From Tubulanus polymorphus (taxonomy: Eukaryota; Animalia; Nemertea): a DNA stretch of 64,000 bases. A program made the position numbers and the translations under genes. Positions 14,001 through 39,800 of the stretch are shown in pieces (the stretch's first letter is position 1; each line of letters opens with the position of its first letter). Under the pieces are notes generated by a model. That model did not search any database and was not told the origin of the DNA. It saw nothing but the letters and a program-made list of their open reading frames with translations. The DNA lies in NCBI RefSeq assembly GCF_964204645.1, contig NC_134027.1, positions 27,242,560 to 27,306,559 of the forward strand, written 5' to 3'.

Positions 14001-15312
14001 CGCTAGGTGAGCGTTATAGTCGGTAATGACTTTATGTCTGAGAGTGCTCTATTTTAAGCCAAGGGATTGGTCTAATACAATATCATACACTGATACCATA
14101 CATAAATATTCATTCACGAATGAAAACACCCGACCGGTTGTGCCGAGCGCGGTGAAAGTGTTTATAGCCGGTTTCTTCTCAATCCATGTCGACAGTCCTT
14201 CTCTCTTAGTTCAAATTTACACTCATTCACAATGAAGGCCTTAAAGCAGCAATAACGGGTTTTCTGCAGTAGGTGATATTTTTATGTATGAAACCTTATC
14301 TATTTTCGTTCAGTCTTTTGGTGGCCCTCGTGTTCCTTACAATGGCCCTCACTTTACCCTCCATAGACCTTCGCATTTTCTCCCGCACAGCTTTTACCGC
14401 TATATTTTTCTAAAGTTCATTTTTTTATTAACAAAGTCGCCTTTAACATTGACACCGAAGAGAAACCAAGGGTAGAGATTGTATAACAACCCGCAGACGT
14501 CTGAACTGAAGTGGGACTTTAAAAAAAGAGATCCGCCGTTTATAACAGGGAATTAGAAGAATTATACCAGTCAGCCAGAGCATTCTACCAGGTGGCGCTA
14601 GTGTTGAGTAGGCCTAGCATATATTCCAGCCATATATTTTAACGTCGTTGTCTCCATATAAACGTATTTGTAGATTTCTAATCTCATATTTTGTATTCGA
14701 TTATGCCTCCATGTACCAATTATCTCAACACTTTTATGAAAACGCAACTTCGACTTCGACGAATATGAGATACACTCACTCTCAAAACTAATCTTGCTTT
14801 CAAAGATTTAACATACTCGGTAGCTATTTGCGGAACATTGATTCGCAAATTGATTCAGATATTTTGGGAAACATCTAGTCCTCGAATCCTGCGGTTTAAA
14901 GTGGATACATGGATGAGACGTTGAAACCTCCTTCAACACACCTCTTACTTCTTAACAAACAACGAACAAATCAGAGAATCTCAGCGGTAACTCTTCGAAT
15001 TGTATTTCAGATATGCGTTAATTATTTACAAAATGAACATTACGCCCCACTCTCAACGACCCCCCCTCTCAATGACCCCCCCCCAGGCTGCTCTTAGTGA
15101 CAAAATAAATAGTGAACAAATAGTTTGTATTTTTTGATTGGGGTAAATCATTATTTAATAATACAACATGTATAATATGTATCAGTCATAAATCCAGATC
15201 ACACATATTCATCTATTCTCTATGAAGCAAAATAAGCCTAGGATTGAAAGCAACGACCTGAGAAGAGCATTTTACATCTATCACAATTAAAGCCTTAATC
15301 ACAAACACTCGA

Positions 15313-15720
15313 GGGTCTGTGGCTCACAGGTTGGGGGTCCTAGGGCTAACAGGGGGTGTGGGGGTCTGTGGCTCACAGGTCGGGGGTCCTAGGGCTAACA
15401 GGGCGCGCAAGGGGGTCTGTGGCTCACAGGTCGGGGGTCCTAGGGCTAACAGGGCGCGCAAGGGGGTCTGTGGCTCACAGGTCGGGGGTCCTAGGGCTAA
15501 CAGGGCGCGCAAGGGGGTCTGTGGCTCACAGGTCGGGGGTCCTAGGGCTAACAGGGCGCGCGAGGGGGTCTGTGGCTCACAGGTCGGGGGTCCTAGGGCT
15601 AACAGGGGGCGTGGGGGGTCTGTGGCTCACAGGTCGGGGGTCCTAGGGCTAACGGGGCGCGCAAGGGGGTCTGTGGCTCACAGGTCGGGGGTCCTAGGGC
15701 TAACGGGGGGCGCGAGGGGT
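15313..15720. repeat. GC-rich 42-bp minisatellite (about 9-10 copies) immediately 3' of the USP19 stop codon
   Basis: Unit ggggtctgtggctcacaggtcgggggtcctagggctaacagggcgcgcaa-like. It explains ORFs 15319-15732, 15324-15512 and 15356-15646. Confidence 0.95.
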
Positions 15721-15728
15721 TTAATCGT

Positions 15729-29196
<13,468 letters not shown>

Positions 29197-29448
29197 CCTA
29201 CCCACAACCGGGTCAGGACGGTCAGGAGCAGACTCTGAATGCTGCTGCTGCCACTTGCGTTTACGAGTTATACGTTGTATTTTGAAAATGTGAATTCTAC
29301 TTCAATTTCACCCAATTTTTCCTAAATCAAGCAATGAAGTAAATCGTGCTGAAATAGATTATTTCAGTTAGGGGTAACTATATTCACATTATGCGCTTGT
29401 TTTTGGGAAAATTCTAGCATTTCGTGATCAAAATTAATTTTTTTTCAC

Positions 29449-29468
29449 CCGGAAGCAAAAACCGGAAG
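29449..29468. promoter_or_regulatory. Tandem ETS-type motifs (CCGGAAG x2) in the probable USP19 promoter
   Basis: ccggaagcaaaaaccggaagc lies about 250 bp upstream of the USP19 ATG. Motif match only. Confidence 0.35.
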
Positions 29469-30468
29469 CGAATCGTTCGACTCAAACAAGGGGTTCGAAT
29501 CCTGAATTCATCGTAGATTACAGCAGTTCAAATATATTTTTAATTTCCCATATAATCTTCAAATTAATTCAAAAAGCGCAGATTTTGGCCGATAAAACGA
29601 GACCGCTAGTGTCAGTCATCCCGATCAGACAATATTTTGGCTTGTACTAAGATGACGCCTGACGCTGGGCGTCATCAATCCGTTGTATGGCATTTATCTT
29701 CATTCTCTGTGAATATAGAAGCATTTATCTAGGAACGAAATCATATATCTGAAATTTTTGAGTCTTGCATAATGTGTAGGGTCTAGTGCCAGCAGTTAGC
29801 TTAAGTCAGTAGCCTACCTGTGGTGTTTCACGATCAGATATTTGGGTACTGCAACCTAAAGTCTACAGACAGCTACGTATGAATCACTTAGCCGCTGAAT
29901 GGCTGAACGGCTACTGTGTAGGGTCTCCATCATCAACTGATCCAAACAAACAACAATCACTGTCAATATTTTCTAGAAATGCAATATTTTATTTATATCA
30001 CAAAAATGTTGGCCTTTATAAACCACCACACTATTTATTTGAAGCAGGGATGATACAAAATATTATACCGGTCACTAGTCAGGTACAAGTAGTTTATTTA
30101 CATACATTTACTACAGAACTGTAGTAATTACCGCAATTCACAGCGAGATTACACACATTTTTCAACCATTTATGTAAATGCTTTACAATTCAGAAAAGAC
30201 AAATGAAAGCTGAACAAATTACGTATTTATCAAGATAAATTCTTCATCATTTTGTGTTTTCGCTGCACACAGAAAAATCAATACAATCACAGCCAGTAAC
30301 ATCTTATATACTGAATAATCAATTAATACTAATCCTCACCAAAATCTAGCTACAACTAAATATCATAATTCTAATAATAGACTCTACTGAATACTATCGA
30401 GTGATCTAAAATTGAGTGCTGTTTTTTTTAAACTGGTCTAAACCTCCTCCATATTACCATTATTCATA

Positions 30469-30626
30469 CAATGGAACCTTGTTATAGCAAACTATATAGG
30501 CCCAGAAAATCTGTTCGTTAAAACCGATAGTTTGTTATATCCAGTATGAAATAAGTGAAATTGTGTTACTTATTTCTGTTATATCTGATGAATGGTATCC
30601 GAGTTTGTTTTAATGAGGTTCCATTG
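30469..30626. mobile_element. Tigger/pogo-like (Tc1/mariner) MITE; a related fragment starts at about 7665
   Basis: ta|caatggaaccttgttat ... taatgaggttccattg|ta. The copy at 7665 begins cagtcgaacctcgttacaacga and shares internal sequence (ttcgtta..accgata..tgttatatccagtatg). Confidence 0.65.
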
Positions 30627-30857
30627 TATTAACATCAGAAATCAGATCTTTAGACCTGAGTTCCAGTTGACTCTTTCATTCATAATGTTCTAACCTTGTC
30701 AGAGTTAAAATACGAACTCGGTCTTGAGCGTGAATTAATTCAATTCAAGGGAGCAGGATCCAGTTCTACAGTTGTCAATTAAGTTTGACTCTAAACTCAT
30801 TTCTAAATATTTGACAGGTAACTGGCCTGGAACCCAGTGCAGTAGTGTGACATGTGT

Positions 30858-33800
30858 TTATTTCAATTCTAACATCGCAGCGCGTGATAACAATTTCATT
30901 TCACGTATCATTTTATGACTCGGATGTTTATGTATAAATGATTCAAGTTTCTGACACAATGAAGAGAGAACAGCCGGCATGTGTTCACGGGTAAGAGCGT
31001 TAGAACGATCTAAATTCATCACCGCTTCAGCTACAAATCTGAAAATATTCAACCACAAAATCAAATGAATATCAACTAATTTTTCGTAATAGTGGACTAT
31101 TCATAGAGTATGCGTACGTTTAAGGTAAGAATGCTTCAATCCATCTTCAGAGATTTATATGAAATGAATATGGAATATTCTCGTTAAACTGACCTGTGTT
31201 TGAGTTCAGTATTAGATGAGAAATCGGCTGATAATTGTTGTATAAGAGACAATAGAACCGGCTGCTGAAGAGGACACGGTGTTTGACCGAACACATTCAC
31301 TGCATCCATATTCTCACAAACAAACATCACTAAACTCAAATCTGACGCTGATAATGCCTACAAATCAATCATTATACCGTATAATATAATCATTTCAATC
31401 AAATCAATTATAAATAGTGAATACAGCTGCTGCCGGTAGATTGTCTGAGATTGTGTAGGAGATAGACAGCAGATTGTCTGAAGGGGTGCAGGGAACAGAC
31501 CGCAGACTGTCTGAGATTGTGCAGGATACAGACAGCAGATTGTCTGAAGGGGTGTAGGGTACACACATCAGATTGTCTGAGGGGGTGCAGGAGACAGACA
31601 GCAGATAGTCTGCAGGGAACAGACAGCAGATTGTCTGAGATTGTGCAGGATACAGACAGCAGATTGTCTGAAGGGGTGTAGGGTACAGACAGCAGATTGT
31701 CTGAGGGGGTGCAGGAGACAGACAGCAGATTGTCTGCTGGGGTTGCAGGATACAGACAGCAGCTACAATGATAGTCTTTAATGATAATTCACCTGTTGAA
31801 ATACAGAATTAACTTGTCCTTGATGAAGTAGATTAAGGAGATGTGATCGCAATGCTTGTGGATCAGTAGGAGAAGGAACAGGAGTCATAGCTCCTGATCG
31901 CATCGCTTGCGTCACGCTATCCGTTATCGTTACATGTTGAGACTGCATCGCTGAATCCACTTCTGATTTGATAATCGTTTTAATTTGAGATAATAACGTC
32001 TCCTGTAACCTGAAATATTCAAAACATCGCCAACATTTATTACACTCTATAAACTAAAGCAATATCATGACGGCGACGACCTGGTTCAACAGTTCTAGCT
32101 TAATTATTTGACTATAAATTTCCTATGCTTTAACTTAAAAGTGTAACATGTTAACTAAACTGTGGAACTACAGTCAAATTCAGTTAACTCGTCATTTGGA
32201 TAGGCCATCAATTACTGAAGTCATCTCTATTTTTGAGTCACAATTTGTATTTCTAATTCAATTCACTAAGTGTAAGTCATCATTTGTATAAGCCATCAAT
32301 TACTGGAGTCATCTCTATTTTTGAGTCTCAATTCGTATTTTTTAATCAATTTGCCAAGTGTTAGTCATCAGATGGATAAGTTGTCACATTACTGAAGTCA
32401 TCTCTATTTTTCTAGCCCCATTTTGAATATTAAAGTAACGTAACCATTGTCATAACTGAGACATCTCAAGCAAGTTTTCACAGTATAAAACACCGACCTG
32501 TTAACTGAACCTGTAACACATTGATCGATATCTTTCTTCATAGTCGTAATAACAGATTCTTGAAGTTTTTCAGCGTTTCGTTGAAACGTGTCGATTGATG
32601 ATTGTAATTGAGTTAACATCGGATCACGTGAATCCTGTTGTTTACGTCGTAGCTGTTCTAAATGACTTTCTAACTGCTGCATATCTATAAATAAAACCAA
32701 GAGCGGATCTAGAGTCTGATTCAGGGATTCCCCAAAATAGTGCATATCACAAGTAGACAGAATCCCACAATAATAATGGAAAAACAAAGTCCAAAAATGC
32801 AACTGAAGCTAGTGTAGTTTATTCAATGTTTTGACAATATCCTAATAGTCATCTTCAGGAATACTGTATTCCTTGAGCTAGTGCAGTTTATTCAATGTTT
32901 TGACAATATCCTAATAGTTATCTTCAGGAATAATGATCATTATTCCTGAAGATGACTACTAGGATTCAGTCAAAACGTCGAAATAAACTACACTAGCTTC
33001 AGTTGCATTTTTTGACTTTGTTTTTTCGTTATCATTGTGGGATTCTCTCTACTTAGCTTCAACACGGATCCATAGTGTTTTATCAATTGTGAGGGCATAA
33101 CATATAATTAAGGGCACCCCAAAAGAAAACTCATCGGAGAACATTAGAGTTTTTGGAAATAAAGAGAACAAGTCTATGAATCTAAATAGTTGGCTATCAG
33201 TTCGTTATTCTTCATTTTCCTGTATTAGATTTCAGTGCAACGTGATCTTTTAAAGAGGGGAGCGCTCTCCCTGCATCCCCCTCTGATTTACCTCTGACAA
33301 CTGACAGTAAAAACAGCAAATAAAACCAAATATTTTCATGTTTCAATGTTTTTAAAAACTTACATTCTCTTGTTCCTTGTTGAAATGCGTCGTTAACTTG
33401 TTGGAACATATTTTGGCAACCTTTCTCGAACCAGGGAATAACTTGAGATTGGAACGAATCTCGGTATGTAGCTTGTATAGGACCTTGTACGGCTGCACTG
33501 ACCGCTTGACCAATCGCGTCGATCGTTTGCTTAAATATACAACAATTTCAAATACAATTTCAGATACAAAGCCACCTTCGAATGAACCGTAGCTATACAC
33601 ATCTTAAATGTCATAGTTTGTATGCCCCTCAGTGTTGGAGACTTGATAATTAGATGATTTACAAATTTTTGAGGGTCACTTTTGTAAATTACATATGTTT
33701 AACCAGCGATATAGCATAGTTACGTGGTTGCATGACTGCCCAACATTCATATTCCTCGACTAATCGGGACTGGCAAAATCAAAGAGTTAAGGAACAGCAA

Positions 33801-36800
33801 GGGAAACAGAAAATAATTTCATTTTTGTCCGAATTGGAAGTGTGAGTTAGGTGAGTTAGGGCTGTGAATATTTTACCTTGGATCGAACCATTTTGCCGAT
33901 GTGTTCTCTCATCAATGAATCTGTAGTTGTCAGTTTTTGTCCGACCTCGTTAAACAGTTGATCTTTAATCGGGTCTAAATTTCTCGTAATTCCCGGAATC
34001 ACGTTCGTTTTAATTTCGTTATGAATGATATTTTCCAGTTTAGCTGATACTGTATTATTCACCGACCGAGTCACGGCGTTCGCCAGACGTTCCTGCTTCT
34101 GTTTCTCTTGATTTTGACGTTCGTTTTGTAACTCGTGAAATTTAGTTTCTACGCAAAACAGTTAAGAAACGTAAAGAGTTCAATCACGAAATTACTAACC
34201 ACAGATAAATCATTCCGAGTGTTGAATGATAGTATGAAATCTCACACTTTGAGCTCAAAATGCTTCATTGAGCTAGTGTAGTTTATTCAAAGTTTTCACT
34301 ATATTCTAGATGTCATCTTCAGGAATACTGTATTCCTTGAGCTAGTGTAGTTAATTCAACATTTGACTATATCCTTATAGTCATCTTCAGGAATACTGTA
34401 TTACTGAAGATGACTATAAGGATCTAGTCAAAATCGCAATTAGATATCAACTCAAGGAAATATTTCGGGCTCTTATTTTTTCATTTTCATCGTGGGATTT
34501 CGCATTAGTCACAAAATTGATCCGTGTATAATTTTCTAATAAAAGGATACTTTGCTCCTCGGAAAGTCTGTCAATTTTTCCATCAACGTGACGCGTGATC
34601 TGATTTTGTAAAGCTGGTAATTGTAGTTGTACTTGGTGTAGTTTTTGTTCTAGTTGTTGCCCGTGATGCATTTCACGACGTAGAATTGCGATTTCTTCTT
34701 GTTGAGATTGAATCATACTCATGATGCTGTCTAGTGATGTCTGTAGTTTATCTAGTGATGAACGATCTAATGCACTGATTACTACAGCACCTGTACTATC
34801 ACTACAACGAATAACATAAAACAATGATTGAAAAGCCTGACCGAGCATCCTTTATCGTAGAGGCTATTTCAGTTACAGATCAGGGCCCAGTTCCACAGTT
34901 GTGAGTTAGAGTTAACTCAAATTTTAACTCGGAACTGTGGAACTGGACCCAGGAAATCCTAAATTCCCCCCAAAGTCCCTGACCAAAAAATCTATGATTA
35001 AATTATAAGATATCCTCAGTGGGGGCTGTTTCTTATCAAGCGGTTCATTGTACCACTCATCACCAGCAAGAACAACAAGACACCAAAAATTTTAATTTCC
35101 TGATTGTTAAGATATCCTCAGTGGGGGCTGTTTCTTGACACTCATCACCACCAAGACACCAGAGAGTCGGAATTCCCCGACAAGTAAAGGGTCGGTTCCG
35201 TGATTTAGTGAATCTTACCCGCTGCCGGTATGATGTGTAGTAGATGAAGGAATCGCTGATTGCGAACTTTCCTCTTCCCTCGCCTCCTCAACTACAACTC
35301 CATCTTCCTGATCCTCTTCAACTCTTACATCTTCCTCATCATCAGCATCATCGGCTTCATCTTCATCGTCATCTACATCATCGTCATCTAACTCATCGGC
35401 ACTACCAGCACCAGCACCAGCCCTGTAAAACATCAATTTGAAATTATCCAATATTTCATACATTTGAACGATTTAAATTTGAATATTTCAGACGCACGTT
35501 GTTTTCTTGAGAGCTTCAACTACTAATCGTTTAGCTTCGACGGTAACATCCGGAGCTCGTGGCCAGATTGAATGATCATAGGTCTTCTTATCGTAACCTG
35601 AAATAAACAACATCGAGCAGCATTTAATGATGAAGTTGATTTGTTGAATTGGGAATACAGCATCCTGTTCCGGCAGGGATTCGAACCTGAGGCATCGAGA
35701 TTGCCACGGTACGAAACCCTGCCACACTAGACCGATTGCACAGCTTAGATGATGTCATTATCAGCCAATCAGATATCCCGTTTTATTTCAGCACAGGTTT
35801 TCCCATTTATAGTTCTTCCTTCAAATTTATCTCAGTGATTATACAACGAGCAATCTGATTGGTGCCGCAAGTTATCGTGTGGCAAAGCAGCGCGTGTACC
35901 TGCGCATCCGGTCTAGTGTGGCAGGGGTTCGTGCCGTGGCTGAGTGTAGCAAGATGCCATCAGGTTCAAATCCCTGCCGATGGAGGATGGGAATACAGCA
36001 GACAACGCTCTCAAGTTGGATTATTTAGGAACTGTAGAAATGTATCCGACTTGTGGAGTGATATCTGAGTTTGGTACCATGTATTTCATGAACAGTGTAA
36101 AAAAAAAATATCTCAAACGTCTGAGTTGATAGCCTACTGTAGATAAATATTGGATGAAAACTGCAGGACCCGCAGTTCCACAGCTCTGTGTTAATATTTG
36201 TCTCAGAGTTAACTCATCGAAAATGAACTAATTCTAACTCAAGAGTTAACTCTAACTCACAACTGTGGAACTGGATCCTGAAGATCGCGACTGACCGAGA
36301 GTTTTAAATCATACCTTCTGTTGATTTCTTAGGTTCTAGTATTTCATTGACTTCTAAACTTGCTGAACTAGCGCTACCCATACTGTGTAAAGGTTGACGT
36401 CTCTGATGAGTATCTGTAGTAGTATTCACATAGTCTGCCACCCTCTCAGATGTCGCCAACGGAACATCTTTAGATTCCAGATTCACCTGAGACAGATAAA
36501 TATGCGTTTTTCCCGTTGTCATGGTAGTGGCAGGCGGAGGCGGTACGGAATCTAACGATATCAGTTTCGGTGCGTCGTCTTGTAACGCTCGTGCTGATTG
36601 GTTACTGGTCGTAGGTGTCAGATCAATCAGATCGCTGTTAGTTTGAAACTGAGCTCCAGAATTCAATGACCTATAAAAATAACGAATATGATACATCACG
36701 AGGACTCCACAGTGTCCACCAGGTGGCGCTTCGCAAGGCTTGATTTATACAATAGTATCTTCTCGGGATATGAGATCTTCTGTCGCCAGTATCCAGCTCC

Positions 36801-39800
36801 TGTTGAAAGTTTGGAGCTATCCCAGTTTGGCTTTGAAAGAATCAAATTAAAGATCTTCTTAATGGTTAAGTCAGAAATTCCTTTAAGATTCTGGATCATT
36901 TAATATCCCAACAAAAGATTTTGCACCCTCATTGGGATACTGCCACCATTGCACCCTCATTGGGATACTGCTACCATTGAGCCCTCACTGGGAAACTGCT
37001 ACCATTGAACCCTCACTGGAATACTGCCACCATTGAGCCCTCACTGGGATACTGCCACCATTGAGCCCTCACTGGGATACTGCCACCATTGAGCCCTATC
37101 AGTGATTTGAACTTACTTGATGCTAGTATCGAGAGCGTGTTCTTCACCGGGTGTAGTAGGAGGGAGTGGCATGTTGCTAGGTGATGAAGGTGATTGAGGT
37201 GTTTCGGTGAGTGTAACCGAGCTGACCGGTGACGGCATGACAGGCGTCACTTGAGTAAAACTACTACCACCGCTACTAGTTAAACTACTGCGGAAACTAT
37301 CGAGAGCGTCCAAACCATCGGTTCCTTTTCTGCTATATAGAAATAAACACAGAGAGATACGTACAGAGAATTTCTGCATGAAACCGCTGACATTTTACAT
37401 GATTGATAATAATTTACCTAGGACTTGATTTAAAAGCGTCAGGAGTTAATAACATCGGTTTACTATTAGACAACGAGGCTTCTACATCAGACGTCATAAT
37501 ATTCTCAACACTTAGATCAGTTAATGCATCTCTAAAACCTGTAACGTATCGAAATACACGATATATCAAATACTCATTGAAATACACGATGTCAAATATC
37601 AAAATACATAATATATCACATATAGAAACATACTATACATCAAATACCGGGGGATGTTGTGGCAAAATACGATATATCAAATACAGATATGTTAAAATAC
37701 ATGAAGTCTCAAATAGCCGTCAAAATGCATGAAATATCGAAATATAAAATATATCGAATAGATGATTAAGTAAAGAATATCGAGTTGTTTTACTTACTTT
37801 CATCTTGAGACATAGAACTGACTGATAACGCTGTAGGACCCGGTACCGATGATTCCGGTTGGAACTGTATTTGTAATTCCTGTAGTGCCCTGTATTATAA
37901 TACAATACGTATTCATACTAGATGTGAATACAGAAAAATACAGAATGAAAATACGAATCTCTCTTACTTAGTATGAACGGAATACATCTTCACGACGACA
38001 CCGATTCTACTTGCATCATCAACTTTAGTTTCACATCCATCTGTTTCATCATCTTCATCTTCTTCAACTTCAGCAGCTGAAAAATTAAATCATCTCCGTC
38101 CATTTTCGATTCAACGAAATTAAAGACAAAATTCTCAATTCATTGAACTTCAGGATGAAGTTTAATGAATCCGATTGATGCCGAAATCAATTCCAGATAA
38201 TCTGAATAAATGAAGATATTGAATCGATTTTAGAATTAAACCTTATCTTTAATTGAAACTGGGTCAAGTATCCAGTTCCACAGTTGTGAGTTAGAGTTAA
38301 CTCTGAGTCAAATCTTAACACAGGACTGTGGAACTGGGTCCTGGGTTTTAAAAAACCTACTTGAAACCAGTCGTGTTTTTAATGAAATCAATCAATTTTT
38401 CTCATTCTCATAAATTAAAATATCTCAGTTTTTCTAGTAGGAAAATTCACCTGTAAATTCTGAAGTATTATTATCGAGTTGTTTGCGTAGTTTCTTGCGA
38501 CAAGCGTCAATTACAGCGAAACTGAGACAGGGTTGAGTGAGCAGGAACTCAGAGATTGATGAGATATGTGCCGTACCAGCTTCCCAATCCTGATGTACTA
38601 AACATACGTATAATACCTGTATTGAAATAATAACAAATAACTATGAAGTAAGATAAACTCACTACTGAGTTCATTATAGTTGTGAGGATCATTTTGTTGA
38701 TGACTTATCCATAAGACAACTTCGAATTGAATTAGAAATACAAATTGAGACTCAAAATAGAGATGACAGTAATGACAATAAAGGCTCCACTAATATCCAG
38801 TTCAAAAGTTGTTGGTTAACTTTTATAGAGCAAAATTAAATCCATTTTCAACAATGTTTTAGCACTAGAATGATATCTATAACAGGAACGAAAGAACCAG
38901 GGGCCAGTTGCACAGTCTTGACTTATGTCCAAAAGTGGTCTTAAATCTTAAGACTGGTCTTAAGTTGTTAGATTGGCTATAGAACTATGTTGGTCTTAAA
39001 CTGATCTTAAAAACTAAGTCATGATTATGCAACTGACCCCAGAGGCTGCAATCAGTAGGGCAGTCAGAGTCAACTGGTGGATAACTGCATTTTCATCGCG
39101 ATGATTTTAAACTAAATATCGAGTAAACTGTACCTAGTTTACAGCATTCGGAAAGATTAGGTTTACCTTGCGTCTAATGTCGGTCAACAGAACATATTTC
39201 GCGGATAAATCGATCCCGAGTTTCAAACACGGATCGACTTGAAAATTCGAAGGTAAATTCGGAGGTGCAAAAAATCTGAAGAGAAATAATTTCAAAAACT
39301 TTACGAAGATGTTTATTAACAATGAGACTAGAACGTGTTGTTGGGTGTGTTAACGAACCGGATAGTCTGTAAACAAGTCCACGATTGACACGTCCAGATT
39401 TTAATCTCACGATTATTATCGGCACCGGTCAAAGCGAACTTCCAAAACTGAGATCTATAAATAAACAGACGAAATTCATAACCACATTTCAACTGATAAC
39501 ACAGTTTCTTATTAAAGTTGAACTGTGTAGTTTCTTCATATAGCTGAACCATTTTAATCCTTTTTCGCTGGCTAATAGCTTAACTTGCTGTTACTTGCCC
39601 CCGTTGGTGAAAATGTCTAGGGAACTAAATGAAAGCTCAAGTAAGTTAGGCTACATTATCCAGCCAGTGAAAATAAGTATAAATGGTTCAACTATATCTG
39701 AGTGAAAATACATTATGAAATAGGTGTGTAAACTATTGATCAGAACTTACTCAGGATTTTGATGATCATCTAAAAAGTAAATACACGACAAAGGTTTCCC

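Noticed and set aside
29440-29510. GGTTCGAATCC B-box as a tRNA gene (also the reverse match at about 56878-56890)
   Set aside because: No cloverleaf or acceptor stem could be formed around either match.
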